From a virus (Duplodnaviria > Heunggongvirae > Uroviricota > Caudoviricetes), in IMG/VR virus record IMGVR_UViG_3300048577_000420, positions 1 to 22,578 of that record: a stretch of 22,578 nucleotides of DNA. One strand, given 5' to 3'. A program made the translations under genes and the position numbers. This document shows positions 1 to 6,450 of this stretch, one piece after another (the stretch's first letter is position 1; every line of letters begins with the position of its first letter). The notes under the pieces were generated by a model. That model was not told the DNA's origin. It saw only the letters and a program-made list of their open reading frames with translations, and did no database searches.

Positions 1-606
1 CTATCTCAAGTTCCCCGCTTCATCGAGCTCGAGCAACCGCCCGGACTGGGTGCGCCTCCAGCGGACACCGCGGAGATCGCGGAAGTCCATGATTGCCTCG
101 TAGTGACGGCCGCGCTCCCGCTGTATCTCCTCCGGCACGGGTGCTGTCTCTCGCACGTCACCCGGGATCACGGGGACCTGCAGTACTTCGATGAACTCGT
201 TGAGCCCTGACACGAAGACGCGGAGTCGCACGTCGAACAGCGGGCTCGATGAGTGGTTCACGTAGCGGCAACGAAACATCGTGCTCAGAGGCTCCCCCGA
301 ACCGTCGCTGATCACATGGGTCGCAGGCACTTCCTCCAGCCAGGCGATTACCTGCAACGCCTGCGACCGTCGAACTCCATCGGCCTGGGCAGCCTCCCGA
401 GAGGCCCGATAACGCTCCGCGGATGCTCGCTCCGCGGAACGCGCCTCCTCAGCAGCGGCAGCGCGCTCCTCAGCAACCTTTCGCGCACGGGCCTCCCGCC
501 GCACGCCCCACATCGCAACGACCACCGCGCCCGCCGTAGCGATGGCCCCGAGGATGTCCCAAGCGTCGTGCCAGGTGGTCGTCCATTCGTGCAGCCAGGC
601 AACCAC
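1..606 (-). CDS. Hypothetical protein with N-terminal transmembrane helix and Ala/Glu/Arg-rich coiled segment (201 aa)
   Basis: GTG start with AGGAGG upstream; TAG stop at 1-3; hydrophobic ILGAIATAGAVVVAMW followed by a helical charged stretch; lies 45 nt downstream of the AIPR gene on the same strand. Confidence 0.75.
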   Translation of the reverse strand: MVAWLHEWTTTWHDAWDILGAIATAGAVVVAMWGVRREARARKVAEERAAAAEEARSAERASAERYRASREAAQADGVRRSQALQVIAWLEEVPATHVISDGSGEPLSTMFRCRYVNHSSSPLFDVRLRVFVSGLNEFIEVLQVPVIPGDVRETAPVPEEIQRERGRHYEAIMDFRDLRGVRWRRTQSGRLLELDEAGNLR

Positions 607-651
607 GCCACTACCCTCCTCTGATCCGACTCCTCCTGGGCGCGCCCACTG

Positions 652-2466
652 TTAGGCGCCGCCGTCACTGGCGGGCGCTTGGCTGCCCTGTCCTGAGTCC
701 GTGCCACCGTCGGCCGGCTCACTGGGCGGCTCGGCTCGCGCAGTCGCCCCAGCAGCAACGCCGAGGAGGTGCTGCACGAACTCGGGCCCCTTTGCGATCT
801 TGTCGATCGGGTCCGTCGCCGCCGGGAACGTTCCGAGCGCCTCGCGAACCGCAGCAAGGCAGGCCGCGATGAGGTCGCTCGAGGCGATGGTGCCGGCGTC
901 TGCAAGCGCCGAAAGCTGACGAGGACTGTGCACCCGGGCCCCGAACTGTCGGGCCACGACCAACATCGCAAGATGGAATCGGAAGTTGGTTCTTTCTTGG
1001 GCACTCGCGCCAGCCTCGTCAGAGCTGAGGTAGCCGTCCACCGCCCGTTGCGTGCGCGCGAGCCACAAGTAAGTGGCGAGCGGAACGTCGCTCGAGAAGA
1101 TCTTCCGATAGTCGTCATCGCGCTTGAGTAGACTCGACGGTCGCGCGCGCGAATCGTCGGGCCGGCTCAGACCCATAGCCATCACCGCTTGGGCAAGCAG
1201 CGGAATGCCGATAATGCGATCGGGGCTCTTGCCTGCATTTCGATAGTAGTTCTTTCGGCGGTCATACCACCAGGAGTTCGCCGAGAAATACGACTCGATG
1301 TTGCGCTGGACTTCGTCGGTAGCGCGGAGAGAGGCGGCTGGCACGGACGTCTGTCGGTTGGTCGCCCGGATCACCTTGTCCCGAGTCGCCGCATCTCCTG
1401 CTATCACAAGTATGCGCACGAGGATCGCCCTGTCCCATGCGGGGTCGGCCAGTTCCGCGCCGTTTAGGGCGAGGAATATCGTATGGGACGTCTGGAGGCC
1501 ATTAACAATCTGGACATCATCGAGCGAGTACGTCTTGTTCGTGATGGTCGAGCGAGAGCACACGATCGTGACACCGTTGTTCAGCCACCAGAACTCGGGC
1601 CCGTCGGGGTCAGCGAGAGACTCGCTGATCTCGCGGTTCACCTCCACGTCCCCCTGGTAGTCGCGGACGTTCCAGTCAAAAATCTCTCGCCGCAGCTCAC
1701 CTGCCTGGTTTGTGAGGAAAGCGTAGTACTCACGCAGGGTAACGAGAGCAGCGCTGCCTGCAGTGGCGGACGCGTTCTCGAAATAGGTGAGTTGGGAGGT
1801 GTACGTCGCCACTTGGTTGTATCGAGCCCAAAGTTCACTCGCGCCGAGGAACTCGGTCTCCCCGCCCGCCTCCGATACAACCGCGCGAAACTGGCCCTCC
1901 AAGTCTCGCGCCTTGATTTGAACCTTGGTGTCAATGCCTTCGATCTTGCCCTTTGTCACGTAGCTGAACCGAGTGACAACTTTCGGGTGGCGACTCGCGA
2001 TCCGCGTCAGTGCCCTCCGGAAGAGACTGAACTTCGCTACGACGACGTCCGAGTAGAGCCCCCGCAGCGCTTCCTCGCTCTCGCCGAGATTCATCAGTCG
2101 CGACGCCGCTGAAGCAACCTTGTCGATTGCCGTCTCTGTGAATGACGTCTCGCGTTTGGCCTGTATGAGCCAAAGATCAAGGATGCTGCCCGGCGGGACC
2201 TTCGCCGGCGAGAAGTCATCGTCGAACACCTCGCTGTCTTCCGAGAGGAGCGCTCCGTTGAGGAACACGTAGATGGCGTCCAGTCCGCCATCATTGCCGC
2301 CACCGATGACGCCGTCAGCGACCTCGTCGACGGACAGGTCTCTTGACTTGATCACCTGTTGCGCCGCGAAGTGCTCGAAGGCCGTGTCCTCCTTCATCGG
2401 GATCGCTCGGTGCGTCTGCTGCTCCGCGAGCACCTGGTTGATGAGAACGACGTCGTTGTCCGCCAT
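652..2466 (-). CDS. AIPR family (abortive infection phage resistance) protein (604 aa)
   Basis: Motifs GNDGGLDAIY...IQAK (nuclease-like N-terminal part), IFDWNVRDYQG, VNREISESL, FWWLNNGVTIVC, QIVNGLQTSHTI and TNRQT match AIPR proteins. More A/T third positions than the phage-like genes. Confidence 0.9.
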   Translation of the reverse strand: MADNDVVLINQVLAEQQTHRAIPMKEDTAFEHFAAQQVIKSRDLSVDEVADGVIGGGNDGGLDAIYVFLNGALLSEDSEVFDDDFSPAKVPPGSILDLWLIQAKRETSFTETAIDKVASAASRLMNLGESEEALRGLYSDVVVAKFSLFRRALTRIASRHPKVVTRFSYVTKGKIEGIDTKVQIKARDLEGQFRAVVSEAGGETEFLGASELWARYNQVATYTSQLTYFENASATAGSAALVTLREYYAFLTNQAGELRREIFDWNVRDYQGDVEVNREISESLADPDGPEFWWLNNGVTIVCSRSTITNKTYSLDDVQIVNGLQTSHTIFLALNGAELADPAWDRAILVRILVIAGDAATRDKVIRATNRQTSVPAASLRATDEVQRNIESYFSANSWWYDRRKNYYRNAGKSPDRIIGIPLLAQAVMAMGLSRPDDSRARPSSLLKRDDDYRKIFSSDVPLATYLWLARTQRAVDGYLSSDEAGASAQERTNFRFHLAMLVVARQFGARVHSPRQLSALADAGTIASSDLIAACLAAVREALGTFPAATDPIDKIAKGPEFVQHLLGVAAGATARAEPPSEPADGGTDSGQGSQAPASDGGA

Positions 2467-2472
2467 GTCGCA

Positions 2473-2478
2473 ACCGTA
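2473..2478 (-). promoter_or_regulatory. -10 hexamer TACGGT, probable leaderless promoter of the AIPR gene
   Basis: TANNNT 6 nt upstream of the ATG with no Shine-Dalgarno sequence, the typical actinobacterial leaderless arrangement. Confidence 0.55.
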
Positions 2479-2647
2479 GGTGGAGTACTTCCCGGCGCGG
2501 GGCTGTTTGGCTCGCCCGTTCGCCCGGCACCAGTGGGTGGCCCTGCCGCTTCACCTGGGCGCCGCAGCCGGCCGGTACCCGAATGCTCCCGACGATCGCG
2601 CTGCCGTGCGGCGCACCTCGGCGCCCACGAGGAGTGGGGCCCCCGAA

Positions 2648-2692
2648 CGACAAAGGCCCCCGCCGCGTTTCCGCTGGCTGGGGGCCTTGTCG
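2648..2692 (-). terminator. Intrinsic terminator-like hairpin
   Basis: CGACA(A)AGGCCCCC...GGGGGCCTTGTCG inverted repeat; on the minus strand the 3' arm runs into GGGGGCCTTTGTCGTT. Confidence 0.65.
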
Positions 2693-2707
2693 TCGCTGTC
2701 TCAACGA

Positions 2708-2726
2708 GTGTCCGGAGGGGGAATCG
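2708..2726 (-). other. Degenerate tRNA(-Leu-like) 3'-end fragment, candidate att site
   Basis: Minus strand CGATTCCCCCTCCGGACAC resembles the actinobacterial tRNA-Leu(GAG) 3' end as I recall it (CAAGTCCCCCCTCGGACAC). It is followed by a terminator, and no 5' tRNA half lies upstream. Confidence 0.45.
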
Positions 2727-2803
2727 CCCACTAGCGACACACGTCTTCACCCTGCCGTCAGCCGCCTGACCTGCGGATATAGGTTCGAGTCGATAGGCAG
2801 GTC

Positions 2804-3124
2804 ATGGCGCAGGCGACCGACATCCCGGAGTCCATCCGCAGGCAGGTGCACGAGCGCGACGCCGGCTGCTGCCGGTGCTGCGGGATCTGGGCGGGCTCCC
2901 CGCACCTCCACCACATCGTCTACCGCTCGCACGAGCGCAACCGGCACACGCTGGAGAACCTCGTCTCGCTGTGCTGGCGCTGCCACAAGATCGCGCACGC
3001 CCACCCGAACGAGGTGCGGCCGGCGCTCCAGGCGGTCATCGAGCTCGGCCCCGGCACGACCGCGGCGCAGTGGCTCCGGTGGCACGGCGTCGACCTGCAG
3101 GCCCTCCAGCGCAACCTGGTCTAG
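2804..3124 (+). CDS. HNH endonuclease (106 aa)
   Basis: RRQVHERDAGCCRCCG...HLHHIVYRS...NLVSLCWRCHKIAH: CxxC, HH, N and CxxCH of the Zn-binding HNH fold. Confidence 0.9.
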   Translation: MAQATDIPESIRRQVHERDAGCCRCCGIWAGSPHLHHIVYRSHERNRHTLENLVSLCWRCHKIAHAHPNEVRPALQAVIELGPGTTAAQWLRWHGVDLQALQRNLV

Positions 3125-3516
3125 TCGACGCCGTCGCCGCGGCCCTCGATCGCTCCCCCGAGCTTCTTCTGCAGGAGCACGAGGTCGTCGCGGTGCCCGT
3201 TCACGACCCAGTTCTCCCCCACGAGCACGGTGACGTCGATGAGCTCGGTGCCGGTGAGCGTCTTGACCGCCTCGTCGCGCTTCTCCGTGCTGTCGTAGAG
3301 CACGAGCGTCGTCCAGTCGTTGCAGCTCGCCGTCCGCTCGCCGGTGACCTTGTACGCGGTGCAGCCCATGCCGGCGTCGACCACCGCGTCACGGAACGCG
3401 TCGAGCGAGGCGTACTTCTGCTTCCCGTCCGGGCTGGACGAGCATCCGGTGAGGAGGCTCGCGCCAGCGGCCACGAGTAGGGCCAGGGCGGCGGTGCGGC
3501 CGTGCGTGATCTTCAT
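3121..3516 (-). CDS. Lipoprotein (131 aa)
   Basis: Start re-called to ATG 3516: MKITHGR plus hydrophobic core and lipobox LTG-C; TACGGT -10 lies 7 nt upstream. Its stop shares CTAG (3121-3124) with the convergent HNH gene. Confidence 0.85.
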   Translation of the reverse strand: MKITHGRTAALALLVAAGASLLTGCSSSPDGKQKYASLDAFRDAVVDAGMGCTAYKVTGERTASCNDWTTLVLYDSTEKRDEAVKTLTGTELIDVTVLVGENWVVNGHRDDLVLLQKKLGGAIEGRGDGVD

Positions 3517-3523
3517 GTCCTGG

Positions 3524-3529
3524 ACCGTA
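3524..3529 (-). promoter_or_regulatory. -10 hexamer TACGGT, probable leaderless promoter of the lipoprotein gene
   Basis: TANNNT 7 nt before the ATG; no SD. Confidence 0.55.
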
Positions 3530-3649
3530 GCCAAGGAAGGACCCGCCTGGGCCGCAACCCGACGGGTGATCCTCACCGCTGGGTCACAGAGCGCGTAGCC
3601 TCCACCTGACCAAGGCGCTCTGGCGCCGCACTTGATCGCAGGGGATGAC

Positions 3650-3940
3650 ATGGCAGAGATCTACCGCGTCTCCGGTCCCGGTGTGTATGACGAGCTCTCC
3701 ACGCCGCCGGCCGAGGACAAGTACCCGAAGCTCAGTGACCCGATCATCGTCACGCGGTCCGACGGCAACACGGTGACCTACTTCGCAGCCGGCGGGCAGA
3801 GCATCTGGTACGAGATCGAGGAGGGGTTGCTGACGATCAAGGTCAACGGGGGCGACGTCGATACCTACTCGCCGTCCGGCTGGTGGAGCCTGACGCGGAA
3901 GACCCCGACCGCTGAGGACCTCGGCTCCCAGGTCTTCTAG
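3650..3940 (+). CDS. Hypothetical protein (96 aa)
   Basis: ATG 3650 preceded by CAGGGG; GC3-biased codons; divergent from the lipoprotein gene. Confidence 0.7.
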   Translation: MAEIYRVSGPGVYDELSTPPAEDKYPKLSDPIIVTRSDGNTVTYFAAGGQSIWYEIEEGLLTIKVNGGDVDTYSPSGWWSLTRKTPTAEDLGSQVF

Positions 3941-3964
3941 CCGGCGTCGGCGGCGCGGGCCGCC

Positions 3965-3986
3965 TGTCGGACCCCCGGGGCATCCT
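3965..3986 (+). promoter_or_regulatory. PafBC-type (RecA-NDp-like) promoter motif
   Basis: TGTCGG-N10-CATCCT, then 7 nt to ATG 3994. The known consensus is TGTCGG-N10-TANNNT; one mismatch (C for T). Confidence 0.55.
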
Positions 3987-3993
3987 GGTCCTC

Positions 3994-4293
3994 ATGCGCC
4001 CCGCCGTCCGCGAGTACGGGAACTGGATCGTCACGACCGGTGACCCGCGCCCCCAGCGCGTGCTGGAGCGCCCGTGGCGCGGCGTTGTCTACGGCCCGAC
4101 GTACGACGGGCCCTGGGTCACTCGGGAGGTCGACGTGGTTGCCGTGTCGCCCGAGCACCTGTGCGTGCAGCACGACTGCGACGACGGCGGCGTCTGGCTC
4201 GCGTGGGTTCCCAAGGCCTCCGTCACGCGGGTGGACCCGGGGGGTGCCCCGAACGCGAGCACCCCCCGGGCTTGTGTCACTCCGGCGGAGTGA
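3994..4293 (+). CDS. Hypothetical protein (99 aa), probably DNA-damage inducible
   Basis: Leaderless geometry behind the TGTCGG motif; beta-rich, Trp-containing sequence ending WLAWVPKASVTRVD. Confidence 0.6.
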   Translation: MRPAVREYGNWIVTTGDPRPQRVLERPWRGVVYGPTYDGPWVTREVDVVAVSPEHLCVQHDCDDGGVWLAWVPKASVTRVDPGGAPNASTPRACVTPAE

Positions 4294-4399
4294 AGGCGCC
4301 GAGCCCCGGCCGCTTGCGCTCCGGGAGCCTCTCGGCGATGAACACCATGACTTCGTGCGGCGGTGCGCCGACCATGCGGCGCGTGTAGCGGAAGCCCAT
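4277..4399 (-). CDS. Small hypothetical protein (40 aa, MGFRYTRR...)
   Basis: ATG 4399 preceded by strong GGAGAGGAG; promoter-like motifs upstream. Short, so uncertain. Confidence 0.45.
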   Translation of the reverse strand: MGFRYTRRMVGAPPHEVMVFIAERLPERKRPGLGAFTPPE

Positions 4400-4479
4400 C
4401 CGGGCTCCTCTCCATCTAGGCGGATCGCCGGTCCAGCAACGCCAAAGCGCGCACGGTAGGATCGCCACGCAGCCTGAGA

Positions 4480-4501
4480 ACTGTGGTAGCGGCCTCCGAC
4501 G
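4480..4501 (-). promoter_or_regulatory. Degenerate PafBC-type promoter motif
   Basis: CGTCGG-N10-CACAGT on the minus strand; same spacing as the other two copies. Confidence 0.35.
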
Positions 4502-4534
4502 AGCAACGGCTCATCGGGGGCCGCTGCTGTGTCC

Positions 4535-4556
4535 AGTATGTGTCATTCCTCCGACA
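4535..4556 (-). promoter_or_regulatory. PafBC-type promoter motif
   Basis: TGTCGG-N10-CATACT on the minus strand. Confidence 0.5.
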
Positions 4557-4593
4557 CCGTGAGGCCACACGCCCAGGAAATGCCGCCCTCTCC

Positions 4594-4668
4594 TGTGGAC
4601 AGGGTGTGCATATCTAGGTATTTCCGCACCTGGAATCTGTGCACAACGCTGTCCACAGTTGTGGAAAA
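4594..4668. promoter_or_regulatory. Cluster of DnaA-box-like 9-mers
   Basis: CTGTCCACA (minus, 4594-4602), TTGTGCACA (minus, 4638-4646), CTGTCCACA (plus, 4649-4657), TTTTCCACA (minus, 4660-4668), compared with actinobacterial TTGTCCACA / general TTATCCACA. Confidence 0.55.
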
Positions 4669-4737
4669 CGGCGATGGGGTGGAGGGACGTGGTCCGTTGA
4701 TCGGCGACAATGCCGGTGCACGCCCTGTGGAAGCCCG

Positions 4738-4771
4738 AATCCGGGACGGAACTTGGTGCCCGTCCCGGATT
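4738..4771 (-). terminator. Terminator hairpin closing the long minus-strand operon
   Basis: Perfect 12-bp inverted repeat AATCCGGGACGG/CCGTCCCGGATT starting 8 nt after TAG 4780; no U tract (common in actinobacteria). Confidence 0.7.
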
Positions 4772-4779
4772 GTGGACTC

Positions 4780-5466
4780 CTAACCCTCCGCCGCGTCCAA
4801 CTGCTGGGACGTGAGCTGAATCAGGTCGGTCCCGCGAGGGAGACCCAGCCGGTCGGCCGCCTGTAGCGCCATCGCCTCGATGTCCGCTCGCGAACGCTGC
4901 ACGACGTCCTCGGCGTGCTCGGTCAGGGACTGCGAGGCGAAGGCCAGGTTGGAGCGGGCGTGGGTCGTGGCATCGCGGATCCGGCTCATCGCCGCTCGCC
5001 TCTCCTTGGCGGTGGCCTTCGGGTCCAGCGCGTCGTAGGCCGCCACGGCGCGCTCGATCGCCCCGAACGTCCGCTCCGCCGCGCCGCGGACCTCGTCCAT
5101 GCTGTGGGCGAGGCGGGGATCGAACTCCAGACCGGGCGTCGCGTCGATCCCCCCGTCGACCCGGGTCATCCGGATGGTCACCGGCACGGCGGACGTGCCC
5201 ATCGACGAGACGAACGACGCCCACTGCGCCTCGCTCATCTCGACCTCGGTGATGATGTGGTCGGGGTGGATCCAGTCGCGGTGTAGGTCGCGACGCCGGC
5301 TGGCCGTGGTCAGGGTCACGACCACTGTGTGGCCGTGCCGGATGTCCGAGTCGAAGAGCACCGCCCCCGGCACTGAGCTGCGCCGGACGACCTGCAGCGC
5401 CCCGAACGCGGGGTGGGTCTCCCTTCCGGTCTCGTCCTTCTCGACAGGCTTGATCTCGCGCTTCAC
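4780..5466 (-). CDS. Phage-type hypothetical protein (228 aa)
   Basis: Start re-called to GTG 5466 (AGAGGAG SD, GTGA overlap). HPAFG...LFDSDIRH...EVEMSEAQWASFVSSMG resembles a widespread phage hypothetical family. Confidence 0.8.
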   Translation of the reverse strand: MKREIKPVEKDETGRETHPAFGALQVVRRSSVPGAVLFDSDIRHGHTVVVTLTTASRRRDLHRDWIHPDHIITEVEMSEAQWASFVSSMGTSAVPVTIRMTRVDGGIDATPGLEFDPRLAHSMDEVRGAAERTFGAIERAVAAYDALDPKATAKERRAAMSRIRDATTHARSNLAFASQSLTEHAEDVVQRSRADIEAMALQAADRLGLPRGTDLIQLTSQQLDAAEG

Positions 5467-6086
5467 GCGCTCTCCTCTCTGGTAGCGCCGGCGGAGAGCC
5501 AGCGCGAGACGGTGGTCTTGCTGACCTGCAGCTGGTCCGCGATGGCCCGCTGGGTCATCCCGGCGGACCGCAGCTGGACCGCGCGGACCGCGAGCGTGAG
5601 GATCGGGGCCGCGGCCTGGTCTGCTTGGTCTTCGGTGAGGTCCACGAGCGGACCGCGCTGGTCCGCGGCGGGCGGGGCGATCGCCAGTCCCGTGACCGTG
5701 TGGGTCGCCGCGAGGATCCCCAGCGGGGCGAGGCTCGCGATGCAGGCGCCGGCGGCGGTCCGCCAGTCCCCCGCGTCCCGCGATCCCAGGACGTGCGCGG
5801 CGTTGGCGGCCACCGAGACGAGCGTGAACGTGGCCAGGGCGGTCCAGGAGAACCGCGTGGACTCGCCGCGGGCCCGCTGGACGGCGATCGCGAGCGTGTA
5901 GGCCAGCAGCGCGCCGTCGACGAACACGGGCACGCCCCAGCGCAGGGCCGGCGGCAGGGCGGCCCACTCAGCGACGGCCACGAGGCCAGCGAAGGAGACC
6001 GCGAAGCTCACCAGGCCCAGGAACGCAACGAGGCCCGTGGTCGCAATGACCACGGGCCTCGTGTCGGGGTTGATGCGCGCCGTCAT
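5463..6086 (-). CDS. DUF2637-like multi-pass membrane protein with C-terminal HTH (207 aa)
   Basis: ATGA overlap start at 6086; four hydrophobic segments with SFAVSF..L, PVFVDG and SVAANAAH; C-terminal GMTQRAIADQLQVSKTTVSRWL helix-turn-helix. Confidence 0.8.
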   Translation of the reverse strand: MTARINPDTRPVVIATTGLVAFLGLVSFAVSFAGLVAVAEWAALPPALRWGVPVFVDGALLAYTLAIAVQRARGESTRFSWTALATFTLVSVAANAAHVLGSRDAGDWRTAAGACIASLAPLGILAATHTVTGLAIAPPAADQRGPLVDLTEDQADQAAAPILTLAVRAVQLRSAGMTQRAIADQLQVSKTTVSRWLSAGATREESA

Positions 6087-6235
6087 GCGCTGCCCCCGTT
6101 CGCCTCGGCGAGGTGCGCGTCTCCGGCCAGGCGGGCCGCCTCCCGCGTGGGGAACGGGCCCTCGCGCCACGGGCAACGACAGCCGACGTCGACGCCACCG
6201 GACGGCAGGGTCACGGTGGCGGTCATGTGGATCAT
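6083..6235 (-). CDS. Small hypothetical protein (50 aa, MIHMTAT...GCRCPW...)
   Basis: Not in the ORF track. Fills the gap exactly, with TGATG overlap upstream and ATGA overlap downstream. Confidence 0.6.
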   Translation of the reverse strand: MIHMTATVTLPSGGVDVGCRCPWREGPFPTREAARLAGDAHLAEANGGSA

Positions 6236-6450
6236 CACTTCCAGTCCCTCCCGTTCTCCGGGACGACCCGGGTGCGCCGCAGGACGTTGACGGGACGCCG
6301 ACCCTTGGTGATGGTCCGGCGCTGGGCCGGGGCCATCCGCCGCTGGTCCGTCTGCGGCCGGCCGAGCTTCTCCGGCTCGCCGGCCTCCTTGCCGATCTCG
6401 ACGTACGAGGTCGACACGCGGGCCATGCTCATGTTGGTGACCTCGGTCAT
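6235..6450 (-). CDS. Small basic hypothetical protein (71 aa)
   Basis: ATGA overlap with the RuvB-like gene; coupled to the next ORF. Confidence 0.6.
   Translation of the reverse strand: MTEVTNMSMARVSTSYVEIGKEAGEPEKLGRPQTDQRRMAPAQRRTITKGRRPVNVLRRTRVVPENGRDWK

Noticed and set aside
2773-2788. Possible LexA (SOS) box GCGGAT-ATAG-GTTCGA upstream of the HNH gene
   Set aside because: Only one half-site matches TCGAAC-N4-GTTCGA; three mismatches in the other half make it too weak to call.
2700-2800. Complete tRNA gene
   Set aside because: Only a 3'-end-like 19-mer is present; no D arm, anticodon arm or matching 5' acceptor strand.
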